A stretch of DNA of 40,926 nt, from assembly GCF_001194135.2 (NCBI RefSeq), contig NC_068988.1:63813843-63854768 (forward strand). The letters are read 5' to 3'. This DNA is from Octopus bimaculoides (lineage: Eukaryota). A model generated the notes under the pieces. The model was not told the origin of the DNA, searched no databases, and was given only the letters and a program-made list of their open reading frames with translations. Position 1 is the stretch's first letter. Every line of letters begins with the position of its first letter. Positions 1 to 11,665 of this stretch are shown one piece after another. Made by a program: the position numbers and the translations under genes.

Positions 1-439
1 AAAAGGTAATTAGTGTATATGCAGATTTCATGAATTCTTGCTCTTTCATCAGCACCATATCGCTTAAAAACACACCTGTTGAAGGAAGTGTTAGATAAAT
101 TAGAGAAACATATAAACAATAAATATTAAATTTTCCTAGCAACCGATACGGAAATATCAATTGCTAGCGAGGATGCAGTGTTTCGTTTTGTATTGAAATA
201 TTGTGTGCTCGCCCCACTAGCAATTAATATATGTGCGTGAATGTGTGTGCGTGTGCGCGCGTGTGTGTATGTGTGTATGTCTATGTGTGTTTGTGTGTGA
301 TTGTGTGTGTATGATAAAAAGAGGGTTAATTAATTAGAGCTGGTTCATTATTCAGTACTCTAGTGAATATTCGCTAACAGTGGCAATAGAAACAGAGAGC
401 TTGCCTTAAACAGTGAAGGCACATCACTCAGCGGTTAGC

Positions 440-1342
440 GTGACGAGCTCACAAGCAATGTCATCACTCGAATTAGAGACAAAAAATGAAGCAGACGGAA
501 CCCTTCCTAATGTCGCAGTTAAGCCCCAGAAAACAGGAAAGGATACCAGGAACGCTTTGCCAGGGATCAAAAATGTCTCTACGGCAAGCAAGTTGGGAGA
601 TAGGAATTACGAAATCAAACGTCCATCGTATTTGGTAATGTTACATAATAGGTATTGTTTATATCTCAATATATAGGATCCGAAGCGAAGATTGGATTTT
701 GCGAACGTTACTTTGCACGATGCGTACAAGATGCACATTTTCCAGTAAATATTGTTTGAAGTAACGAGGCTATCTTTAAATTAAATGTCTCGATCAACTG
801 CCTCAGATGCACGTACTGGGGACCATCGAGATTTAAATATTAGGAGGAATGTCTCATTAATTTACCAGGAGTTGCAGTATAGTACAGCTTATTATCAAAA
901 GGTTTAAATGGAACAATCGTTTTTAAAATTACTATAACATGCCCCATTTACTTGAAGTTGTTGCAACAATCTCTCATTCCAAACATTTAACAAAACTTTG
1001 AAGACATAGAGTTTATTTTCAGTGAGGTTAAGCACCTCGAAAATACTATCGTAATGCGAGAGCCTACTTGTTGAGATTTTGTTATAAACAAGTGGATTGT
1101 AAGGAATGTAAGTTCAGCAGATGGACTTGTATGTTCACCGGATATTACATCACGAGATTTTTTATGAGAACTATTAAAAGATGAAGTTTACGGTAGAAAA
1201 CGGGCGACGAGCTGTGGGCCGCCATAAAAGAAGCATGAGCACAAATAGCGCACGAAATGATTCTTGATGTTTGAGATTCCATTGCTTCACCTTATCAGCA
1301 GTAGCTGGACGAGAGCTGCCTTCAGTTTCCAAAAAAAGGCGT
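440..1342 (+). mobile_element. Decayed Tc1/mariner transposase, rosa/Visitor (DD41D)-like, with stops and frameshifts
   Basis: Manual translation across frames gives, in order: IRDK.EADGT (~470-515), DPKRRLDF (677), NIV*SNEAIFKLN..INC..CTYWG (equivalent to IVWSDEATFKLNG.VNRHNC.YW), NLPGVAV*YSLLSKGLNG, IYLKLLQQSLIP, KWI.RN, DITSRDFL*ELLKDEVYGRK (equivalent to SPDLTPLDFFLWG.LKD.VY). Family assignment is from remembered motifs. Confidence 0.85.
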
Positions 1343-1417
1343 ACACAAGTATTACACACACCCACGCACACACACACATATATATATATGTATACATAAT
1401 GTATTTATATATACATA

Positions 1418-1620
1418 CGTGGAGTCTCAAAGGAATGTATGCATTCATTGATTGATTATATAATTAGTGTTTATTTATTAAAATGCGTTTCATTTCCAGA
1501 ATTTAAATGGGTTTACAGACAAAATGTTATGTTATTCTTTTAACAGACACCTTTTTTGAAACTGAAGGCAGCTCTCGCCTAGGTACTATTGATAAGGTGA
1601 AGCAATGGAATCTCAAACAT
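1418..1620 (-). mobile_element. Terminal fragment of the same Tc1/mariner family in inverted orientation, including a probable TIR
   Basis: 1547-1620 is the reverse complement of 1267-1342 (atgtttgagattccattgcttcaccttatca...gagagctgccttcagtttc). The fragment ends at TA|CGTGGAGTCTCAAA (TA at 1416-1417). Confidence 0.65.
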
Positions 1621-1973
1621 TATTAAATTTAATCTTTTATTCTTAATAATTTTTTTCATTCTTACTTTTTTCATTCATAATTTTCTCATTCATATTTTTA
1701 TTTTTATTTCTACGTTTGTAGAAATAAGTATTCTTGTATTTTACTATTAATGAATTGATTTTTAATAACTAAATAAACGTTTTTAGTTATAAATAGTATA
1801 GCCTTAACTATTACACCGGTTAAATATGTACTAATATAATCTTTATTATTATTTTAACCTTAAACTTCGTTCAAATTGTAATTAAAACGATAATAATTTA
1901 TGTAAGCTGGTTTTTGTATATGATATACATGTTAGCATATATTCTAATGGATGTATGGATGATTATGGAATGT

Positions 1974-2073
1974 NNNNNNNNNNNNNNNNNNNNNNNNNNN
2001 NNNNNNNNNNNNNNNNNNNNNNNNNNNNNNNNNNNNNNNNNNNNNNNNNNNNNNNNNNNNNNNNNNNNNNNNN
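1974..2073. other. Assembly gap (N). Others: 7776-7858, 10811-11634, 13217-14167, 16250-16565, 20241-20541, 21421-22130, 25366-25948, 27938-28331, 29340-29349
   Basis: Runs of n, mostly flanked by dinucleotide microsatellites. Confidence 1.
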
Positions 2074-4784
2074 ATATATATATACATACAGATATATATA
2101 TGCATATATACCTACATGCATACACACATATATACATATAGATATATACATAACATGTACATGCACATATGTATGTGTGCATTTGTGTGTGTGTGTGTGC
2201 ATACAGTGTCTCTGGTACACATATAAATACAAACACATACTTACTACATATATATATCCACGTTTTGGATAAGGATATGAAAACACAGCTACAATACTCA
2301 TGAAATGCTTACCAAATAAAATGAACTTCGTATTGAACTAAATTTAATAGATGTAGACTTGTTCAATGTAAGGTATAAAACAATGTTTAAATATTGCGTT
2401 GAATTTCCTCTGAATTTCGAATTTATTCACTTTAAACCCAGTCATACTACAGCAAAGTACATCAAGCTATGTGAACACTTTGTTGCATGTTGCTTTAATA
2501 ATGTATTCATTTTAGATTTTTGACATTTATTAATAATATATCGAAACGAGTTTGGATTAGATACGAGTTTACTGATTCACTTTGATGTTGTATAACTATG
2601 CCCGAACAGAATAAATTGGAATTTCATAGAGATTTCAACTCAATATTTACATTTCGTTTCCTAACCCTATTGTTTCACGTGTGTGTATACATTTATCTCA
2701 ATTTTAATTTGTTTTCATTCTCATGAAACTTTCAGCGTGTGTTGACTTTCCCAAATATCGATACTTAGAGTTACCAAAAGCTTTTTTGCTTTGCCGTATA
2801 TGATATAAATATTTTAAGAAACACATCTACTTTTTTTTTTTAGTTTGCCTGCGTTCATCATGTTGCTGATCTTTTAGACTCCAAGAGATAAATATCTCGC
2901 ATTCTGGATCAATTAATGTAGGGCAATGCGTGCTAAAAGACAGAGGCTTCGAACACAGAAAACAACACTAATAGTCATGGACAACAACACTAATATTCAA
3001 AAATCCGCAAAAGTAGAGCAACTAAACATCATATGGCATAAATTTCCATACAATTTTAATATTTCGTTCAAAAGTTATCAGTGTTTACTTAAACCATATA
3101 ATATGCATTTCCATGTAGACCATTGTTGTCACAAAGTCTTTGATAGAAAGAGCATTAAGGTGAGTCACAGTTGCCTCCAAAATTTTCCTGCTTCGAATAA
3201 CCAGTATGCATAAAAGATAACTTTCCCGTACAAACATGCAAAAATAATTCCCGTCTGCGTAATTGTAACAACTCAAGTATCTGTAATCTCAAAGCTATAT
3301 GTTTTTTAAAGCATTCATTTGTCAAGTTATATTCTCTCACGTAAATAACAGAGAAATTCCATATAAAAAATCTCTAGCTGAAATATGCTTTATCACTTCA
3401 TTCAAACGGTTTTCGGCTGTTTTGTGAAAGAAGAAATTAGTGAAATATCCTTCTGAACAGATAACGGAGCTTAATGTACGCCCCATTGTCCACCGAGAAA
3501 GAAATCACGAAACTTCACCAAACAGGTTTGATTTTCGCTGACATAAATCATGAATTCTACATAAGATCGCATCTATGCGTTGAGGAGAGCGGAAAACAAT
3601 AGTTAGCATTCTCAATAATTCGATTATGTAGCAAGTAATTGCATGGTTCAATGATTAAAAAATTATTTTTTCATTGAACACATCCAGAGATCGACTATAC
3701 CACTAGCGAAATTGAGGAAACAGAAACTGATGAAGCTCATTGGGTGTATTCGACCAGTACTGAGTTACCCATTGATCAAAACCGTTCCATCCATTAACAG
3801 GCTTTTTTTATTTATTAAATTCATTTGGAAAAACGGACACGACCCATACATTTGAATAGCTTTCGAAAGCTGATGTGATCGATTCGTTTAACTTCCTTAA
3901 AGAATTTGAAATTTGACACGACTGCAACAAATGCATGTCCAGACACAGAGTCCCAGAGGTATGAAATTGTGGTTGTTGTTGTGGTGGTGGTGGTGGTAGC
4001 GTGTAGTTGGGGCCTGGAGTGGATTCGACACGATAAATTCAATTATTCTGTTTTTTTGTACTTTATCAAAATTTGCATTCCTACCTAAAGAGACAGTAGA
4101 AAAATCTGTCGCGCCAGTGTAAATTAGGTGTATAAACCTCAAGTCCCGTACCTGATCTATTAATGGAGTAAGTCAAAATTGCTGCAGCTGTAAAAAAAAG
4201 GGGGCAGGTAAGTGGAACAGAACGAATTACCACAAAGTCAACAGGAAGCTATGATAAACATAAATCCAAAGAAGAAGACAGACAAATTATTTGCGATCGG
4301 AATAAGTGAAGATAATCCGAAACAAGTCTCGTCGGAGGACACAGTATAGTTACAACTTAAAGAGCTGAGAAACAAAGAACGAGAGAGAAACAAAGTGAGA
4401 GAAGGGGAAGGACGAAATATCCTTGAGTCGGAAGGTGAATGCTTTAGACTTCATGCTGAACATTTCTCTGTATTTTCTTTGGAAACGGTTTAGGATAGCT
4501 GTGCAGCAACGGCACCACACGCATAGGAGTAGAGATACATTGAGTAACAAATTGACATTGTAGAAAAATAGTACGTTTCGAAAAATAAGGTTCTTTCTGG
4601 TTATGGAGCGAAAACCTAGCCATTGGGATGTAATTTTTGGTATATTAAGCATGTGTTATATTATACAAGTTTACTGGTAGTCGGCCCTATCCTCTGGAGC
4701 GATCGCGAGGCATCTCTATGCGCGTTGCTCATATTTAGGCGGGTTGAGATGCAATAATGTTTTTTTGATACGCGCAGTGATTCT

Positions 4785-5250
4785 GTTTGTTAGCATGTTT
4801 GTTGATATTGTTGCTCATCTACCACATGAACCACAGTTAAGGAAGAAAACAAAATAGAAATCAAAGAGAAAACATATGTCGCAATGTACATAAAACAATT
4901 TCTCTCGCTTCCCTAAAATACACGAGTTGAAACAGGGAGCGGATTTGATAGAAACCAGACATGGCCTGAAATACAACCTGATAATATCACACTGCAACAC
5001 ACATATGAACACACATTAACATCAATATGCACATACAAACTTGCACACACAACATACAAACATGCGTGTATATACACAAGTACAAACGCTACAGTAATAA
5101 ACCTCAACATTTATCAAATATATAATGAAACATCAAGGGGAAATAAATAAACGAAGCACTAACAGAATGAAGGCAAACATTGAAGTGTGTCATAAAGGGA
5201 CAGATCACGCACTAAAACCTTGCATAAAGTAATAATCAGCCATAATTGTT
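4785..5250 (+). repeat. Left arm of a diverged inverted duplication (partner 7080-7600)
   Basis: Collinear reverse-complement blocks: tgatagaaaccag 4946-4958/7377-7389; gcctgaaatacaacctg 4964-4980/7351-7368; aataaacctcaacatttatcaaata ~5096-5120/~7221-7246; ggcaaacatt..cataaa..cacgca.taaaacc ~5172-5220/~7116-7166. Outer limits approximate. Confidence 0.8.
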
Positions 5251-5289
5251 TTTCTGTGTATCAGGGAGTGACTATATTGTGTAGCGTAT

Positions 5290-5501
5290 AAGGCAGCGAG
5301 CTGGCAGAAATGTTAGCACGCCGGGCGAAATACTTAGCGGTGTTTCGTCTGTCTTACGTTCTGAGTTCAGATTCCGACGGGGTCGACTTTGCATTTTATC
5401 CTTTCGGAGTCGATAAATTAAGTGCCAGTTGCGTACTGGGGTCAATCTAATTGACTGGCTCTCTACCATAAAATTTCGAGCCTTTGCCTAGAGTAGGAGA
5501 G
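5290..5501 (+). mobile_element. tRNA-derived SINE type A, full length with TSD
   Basis: Head aaggcagcgagctggcagaa, A-box-like TGGCAGAAATG, B-box-like gagttcagattcc. TSD tatattgtgtagcgtat (5273-5289)/tatattgtgcagcacat (5502-5518), 14/17 identical. Confidence 0.9.
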
Positions 5502-5549
5502 TATATTGTGCAGCACATGCTATATTTTTTAAAGGTTGTGTGAGTCGAA

Positions 5550-5620
5550 GCAAATACGGCTGCTATTTCTAGCGTGTGATGTGACTACATAGCGGGTTCT
5601 TTTGGGGCTAGTTTTCATCC
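5550..5620 (+). repeat. Interspersed repeat fragment (gctgctatttctag family); other copies 6820-6890 (+) and ~10080-10160 (-)
   Basis: Shared caaata.(a/g)gctgctatttctag.gtg...acatag.ggg.tc.t...ggctagttt between 5550-5620 and 6820-6890; inverted ctagaaatag at ~10087. Confidence 0.55.
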
Positions 5621-5659
5621 GTGTTCTACCACGCTTTGTTTTCTTTTTGTTTCTTGTTT

Positions 5660-6085
5660 GTTTGCTTTTTTTCATACTTTATTTATTTCAGTATTTCAAC
5701 TGCGGCTATGCTTGGGCATCGCTTTGACGAGTTTAATCGAATAAATCAATGCCAGTACTTTGTTTTTAGGACATGTTCGTTCTTTGTCGGTCTCTTCGCC
5801 GAACCGCAACGTGGAGGGCATCAACAATCAACAACGGTTGTCAAGCGTTGGTAGAAGACAATCAGAAACATAAAGACGGACACACACACACACACACACA
5901 CACATACACACTCACACATGCATATGACAGGTTTCCGCAGTTTCCATTTATCAACCCCGCTCACAAGTTTTTAGTCGGCCTCAGACCATACTAGAAGACA
6001 CTTGCCCATGGTGCACGCACTGGTACCGAACTCAAAACTTCGCAGTTGGTAAACAGACTTCTTATACCACAGTGACGCATGCACC
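5660..6085 (-). mobile_element. SINE type B (tRNA head, CORE-like domain, internal microsatellite), diverged
   Basis: Collinear with the copies at 14723-15132 and 29375-29781: gaagacacttgccca.ggtg (reverse complement of CORE-like caccttgggcaagtgtctt), internal (CA)n, tail ..ctgcggc.atgct. Confidence 0.8.
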
Positions 6086-6142
6086 CATGTTTATCGTTTT
6101 ATTTTCTATTTTGTTTTTGTTTATTTTAGGGTCCCTACTATA

Positions 6143-6750
6143 TTCTTTTCTACTGTAAGCACAATACCCGAAATTTTGGGGGAGGGGGCCAGTTGAGCAG
6201 ATCGATCCCAAAACGCAACTGGTACTTAATTTATCGACCTCGAAATAATGAAAGGCAAAGTCGACCTCGGTGGAATTTGAACTCAGAACGTTGTTGTTGT
6301 TGGCACTCCGTCGCTTACGACGTCGAGGGTTCCAGTTGATCCGATCAACGGAACAGCCTGCTCGTGAAATTAACGTGCAAGTGGCTGAGCACTCCACAGA
6401 CACGTGTAACCTTAACGTAGTTCTCGGGGATATTCAGCGTGACAAGGCTGACCCTTTGAATTACAGGCACAACAAAAACAGGAAGTAAGAGTGAGAGAAA
6501 GTTGTGGCGAAAGAGTACAGCAGAGTTCGTCACCATCTCTTGCTAGAGCCTCGTGGAGCTTTAGGTGTTTTCGCTCAATAAACACTCACAACGCCCGGTC
6601 TGGAAATCGAAACCTCGATCCTATGACCGCGAGTCCGCTGCCTTAACCACTGGGCCATTGCGCCTCCACTAACTCAGAACGTAAACACAGACGAAATACC
6701 GCTAAGCATTTCGCCCAGCGTGCTAAAGTTTCTGCCAGCTCGCCGCCTTA
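6143..6750 (-). mobile_element. SINE type A interrupted by a nested type C SINE
   Basis: Head 6683-6750 (gctaagcatttcgccc..tctgccagctcgccgcctta) and 3' part 6143-6290 join into a colinear type A copy once 6292-6670 is removed. Confidence 0.9.
6292..6670 (-). mobile_element. SINE type C (tRNA-Arg-like head, (CAA)n tail), full length with 12-bp TSD
   Basis: TSD aactcagaacgt 6280-6291/6671-6682. Head ggaggcgcaatggcccagtggtt..gtttcgatttcc. Closely similar to 32886-33269 and 38131-38522. Confidence 0.92.
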
Positions 6751-7079
6751 TGGTCACTATATTGTGAAATGTATATCCGTGTTTGTATTTAAGACAGAAG
6801 GGTATATGATTTAAAGCCAATATAGCTGCTATTTCTAGTGTGCCACACGACAACATAGGGGGTCCTTGTGTGGAGTGGCTAGTTTCCAACTAACATTGCA
6901 TATTCTTTGTTCGTTTTTTTTATTATTTTTTTTATTATTTTTTTTTATTTCTTTTCTTTGTTTTATTTATTTTCGGGTGACTCATTTTAGAAAAATGAGT
7001 AATAAAGGAATTTCCTCGCTGTTGTAGCGTAGTAAAGAGACTTCAAGTTGTTATTATGACATGTGCTGTGCTGTGTTCG

Positions 7080-7600
7080 TTATTATAACATTATAGCTGC
7101 TAATTACTTTCTATGGGGGTTTTACTGCGTGTTCCCTTCATTTATGATGCACACAAATGTTTGCCAGTTGTTTTTGCTCCTTTCTCCTATAATTTTTTTT
7201 TTTTACTCTTTTGTGTTTCCTTATTTGATTAATGCTGAGATTTATTTGTGTTATCTCAGTGTGTTTGTATGCGCATGCGGGTGCGCTTGAAAGTTTACAT
7301 GTGTGTGTATGTATACGTGTGTGTGTGTGTGTGTTTGTGTGTTGTATTAGCAGGTTGTATTTTCAGGCTGGGGCTCCTGGTTTCTATCAGAGCCGCTCTT
7401 TTCAGTTGTGTATTTAAGGAAGGCGGGAGAAATTATTTTATGTGCTTATTATGTACATTTTTTTATTCTTCATAATGTATCTTTTTTTTTACTTTATTTA
7501 CTGTTTTTGTTTTACGGTTGCTGTTTTTCTTTTTCATTTTCTTCTTGTTACTGTTGTCGATGATTTTTAACAATTGTTGTTCGTTGTGCTATAATGCTAA
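7080..7600 (-). repeat. Right arm of the diverged inverted duplication (partner 4785-5250)
   Basis: See left arm. Each arm contains a CA/TG-type simple-sequence block at the equivalent position. Confidence 0.8.
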
Positions 7601-8559
7601 CGAGCATATTTGTAAATACACACATACCCCCATATACACACGTGTTTACATACAATACAAAAATACACTTTACTCACATCATATATATACATACATACAT
7701 ACATACATATATATATATATACACACACATTCATACATACATACATACATATATATATGCATATATATATATATANNNNNNNNNNNNNNNNNNNNNNNNN
7801 NNNNNNNNNNNNNNNNNNNNNNNNNNNNNNNNNNNNNNNNNNNNNNNNNNNNNNNNNNATATATACATAAATATATGTATGTAACAATGTATATTTGTAT
7901 ATGCACACCTGCGCATGTGTAAAAGATGGGTATTAATGTATACATAGATCTGTGTGCTTTGACCCCACGCACATATACATACTTATGATTGCGTATATAT
8001 ACGTGTAAATATGCACTTATTATATGCTAAAACTCTGGAATGAAGATCAGATATATTGTAGATATTTCTTGCAATATGTTTGCGTATCTGCACATGTCTC
8101 TCTTTGTATTAACGAGTGTTTCCGGGTAAACTAAAAGAGAAATAGATAAATTGCTAGTTCACTTGAGAAATAGTCATTTTACTCTAATCATACTACTGAT
8201 TAGAGATATAAAACGAGATAATCAATTATCATTAGAGAAAGTAGATTTACTGATGGTAAAGTGGATTTTGGACGGATTTGTTTTTTCTTTTGCGGGAGAA
8301 AAGATATAGGAAAGCCTCTGAAGTTCAAAATTTGACAACAGTAATCTTAGTTATCTATCGTTTTAAAAGTATAATTGAAAGAACTTATTCATATAAAATA
8401 ATCCATGATATGTGGTGAAAGCTTGATGTGGTCCTCATCTTTGAAACGATCATGAAATAGTAATGGTTCTCAGTTTTAGAGATAACAGAAAAAGTATTTA
8501 CGTAGCCTAATCACTAGAAACGAAAAGGGAAATAAAGAAAAAAAAACACGAGGGCAACT

Positions 8560-8700
8560 CTGTGGCAGAATTGGTAGAGAAGCAGAAAATAAAAGGTTTG
8601 GCCATAATATGTTACGCCCCTTTTATATTCTGAGTTCAGATTTCAGGAAACCCATCTTGGCTTTTCATCCTGACCTTGACTCGATAAGAATAGCAACGGT
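8560..8700 (+). mobile_element. Degenerate type A SINE
   Basis: tgtggcagaattg..ttctgagttcagattt..cttttcatcc..tcgataa, in the expected order. Confidence 0.5.
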
Positions 8701-9270
8701 TTGAATGTAAGGGAGTAGATTTCAACTAATCAAATCTTTGAAAGCAATGCTGCAACATGACTGATCTTCAGTGACTGAGACGAATAGAGAAATCTAAGAA
8801 TGGAAATGTCACAAAATACAATTAGCTCTCGTGTTTTGAGAAGAATACTGTAACGTATCGTGCAGAGCTTATTGTCGGGTAAAATAATGTTACATTGAAA
8901 GCAAATATGAGCTTTTATTTGATTATCATACGCACAGAGTTGAGTCACGTAAAACCATGAAGATTCACTTCTCTCATATTCTGAAACGATATCAGATAAT
9001 TTTCTCCAGGGATAGCTATAACAGACATTTTGTTGTTTAACCCTAGGTCATTCCTGAGCTTGTGAAATCGCATGATATAATAGGGTGTTGCTTTCGTGAT
9101 CATAAAGTCGTGGTTTCGATTCCGGCACGGGTTGGTTTTGATTCCAGGTTTCGGTTTCGATTCAAGGACGGATATGTTTTCGAGAAAAACACTGGGAATT
9201 AAATTCTGCGGACCGGCATGGCACCTTGTCCATAGAAGGGCTGTTGTAGTCTCATTTATTTCTATCCCAT

Positions 9271-9600
9271 GGTGAAGGCGCATGGCTTGGTGGTTAGGAT
9301 ATATATTCGGCTCACGATCGTAAAGTTGTGAGTTCAATTCCCGGCGAAGTGTTGTGTCCTTGAGCCAGACACTTTATTTCACGTTGCTCCTGTCCACCCT
9401 TCGGGCAAAAATGAGTATTAGCTGCATTTAAAAGGGCCAGCCTTGTCACATTCTGTGCAACGCTGAATCTCCCTGAAAACTTCGTTAAGGGTACATGTGT
9501 ATGTGGGGTGCTCAGCCACTTACACATGAAGTCCACGAGTAGGCTGTTCCGTTGATCGGATCAACAGGAACCCTCATTGTCGTCACTGTCAGAGTGCCAT
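9271..9600 (+). mobile_element. SINE type D (tRNA head, Meta/MESC-like central domain, tail shared with type C)
   Basis: ggcgcatggct..gagttcaattccc; central gttgtgtccttgagc.agacactttatttcacgttgctcc; tail cagccttgtcaca..ggctgttccgttgatcggatcaac..gagtgcca as in type C. Domain naming is from memory. Confidence 0.8.
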
Positions 9601-11634
9601 ATGCTATGGAAACTGGATTAAGCTTAGGCTTTAGGTGTTCAAAAGTTTACGACAGGGCTAAGCATTTCTGAAACGGAACTTATCGTATATTCAAAAGCAT
9701 TTTAGCCGTAGCCATTCTGTTCTTTATTGCAAACATATCGCATTTAAAAGAACATCATACGAATGTGTTTTCATACTTTTAAGACAATTAGTTTCTAATT
9801 TGAGAAAGATTTGTTTGCAGATATTTTTACAATATTTATCAACCATGTAGTGGCCCTCTTTTTCTGATTCAAGAATCATAGTTTTAGTTATAAAGAGAAC
9901 AGATTTACTTAACACATTATCATTAAAATATGACTAATGAAAAGATTAGAACGTTTCTAACAGTTATATGTTGGAAATTACACATTACAATCTAAAAAAT
10001 ATAAAAATATACGAACTATATTTAAAATTTTATCACACAACAATCTCAGCAAACAACATAGAGGCTTGTATGTGGTTGGGTTACTGCTAGAAATAGTTAG
10101 ATAGATCGTAATTTGCAATTTTAGGGATATAGATAACCCTTAAATCACAAACTATAGTTTTTAAAAATGAAGAAGTTAATAAATGATTTGGTCCATTATA
10201 TGCAGAATCATAGTTTGATCATGGCTGAAAAATCCATAATTACAAGCCTACTCCTTCATGGCAGACTCTTGATAAAACACCAACAAAAACACAATCGACT
10301 GTAGCAACAACAACAACAACAAACAACAACACAATAAACAAGATTAAGCCCAGGGCTTAATTCTGTTTGACATAGATTTCAGCAAGGCATATGATAAATG
10401 TTTTCCTGGATAAAAACAAATAATATGTCGATGGAATAGAAATTTTCCGTGAAAATCCGTGTCGGTTTTCTGTTACCAAACTGTTATGTTTCTGTTGAAA
10501 ATTAGATCTTATATTCAAACAAATTGTATCCTAGTACCATCGATAATTATACCTGTGAGTTATTTTTCTCTACTCAAAAATGTTTTTTGTTTTCCTTTTG
10601 CGTCTTTTCAGCAAATTTTTCGTACCAACTACAACGATATATTACGTATGTGTTACATGAAACTCTCTTTTTCTTTTCGCCCCGCTATCAGTCTTACACC
10701 TTTAAGCATATTATTTTAGCCAAACATATCGATAACATGTGCGTGTACGTGTTTGTGTGTGTAGGTATATATACACATATTTATATATGTATTTTTATAT
10801 ATATATATATNNNNNNNNNNNNNNNNNNNNNNNNNNNNNNNNNNNNNNNNNNNNNNNNNNNNNNNNNNNNNNNNNNNNNNNNNNNNNNNNNNNNNNNNNN
10901 NNNNNNNNNNNNNNNNNNNNNNNNNNNNNNNNNNNNNNNNNNNNNNNNNNNNNNNNNNNNNNNNNNNNNNNNNNNNNNNNNNNNNNNNNNNNNNNNNNNN
11001 NNNNNNNNNNNNNNNNNNNNNNNNNNNNNNNNNNNNNNNNNNNNNNNNNNNNNNNNNNNNNNNNNNNNNNNNNNNNNNNNNNNNNNNNNNNNNNNNNNNN
11101 NNNNNNNNNNNNNNNNNNNNNNNNNNNNNNNNNNNNNNNNNNNNNNNNNNNNNNNNNNNNNNNNNNNNNNNNNNNNNNNNNNNNNNNNNNNNNNNNNNNN
11201 NNNNNNNNNNNNNNNNNNNNNNNNNNNNNNNNNNNNNNNNNNNNNNNNNNNNNNNNNNNNNNNNNNNNNNNNNNNNNNNNNNNNNNNNNNNNNNNNNNNN
11301 NNNNNNNNNNNNNNNNNNNNNNNNNNNNNNNNNNNNNNNNNNNNNNNNNNNNNNNNNNNNNNNNNNNNNNNNNNNNNNNNNNNNNNNNNNNNNNNNNNNN
11401 NNNNNNNNNNNNNNNNNNNNNNNNNNNNNNNNNNNNNNNNNNNNNNNNNNNNNNNNNNNNNNNNNNNNNNNNNNNNNNNNNNNNNNNNNNNNNNNNNNNN
11501 NNNNNNNNNNNNNNNNNNNNNNNNNNNNNNNNNNNNNNNNNNNNNNNNNNNNNNNNNNNNNNNNNNNNNNNNNNNNNNNNNNNNNNNNNNNNNNNNNNNN
11601 NNNNNNNNNNNNNNNNNNNNNNNNNNNNNNNNNN

Positions 11635-11665
<31 letters not shown>

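Noticed and set aside
413-676. 87-aa ORF as an independent gene
   Set aside because: It is a partly off-frame piece of the decayed transposase.
4212-4652. Plus frame 4251-4493 with one TAG, and minus ORF 4350-4652
   Set aside because: Purine/pyrimidine-skewed sequence is naturally stop-poor; no recognisable motifs. A strong donor CAG|GTAAGT at 4207 has no clear partner.
6600-6670. tRNA-Arg-like sequence as a tRNA gene (also 33200-33269, 38131-38205)
   Set aside because: It continues into a shared SINE body and tail with TSDs; the acceptor stem and anticodon arm are not canonical.
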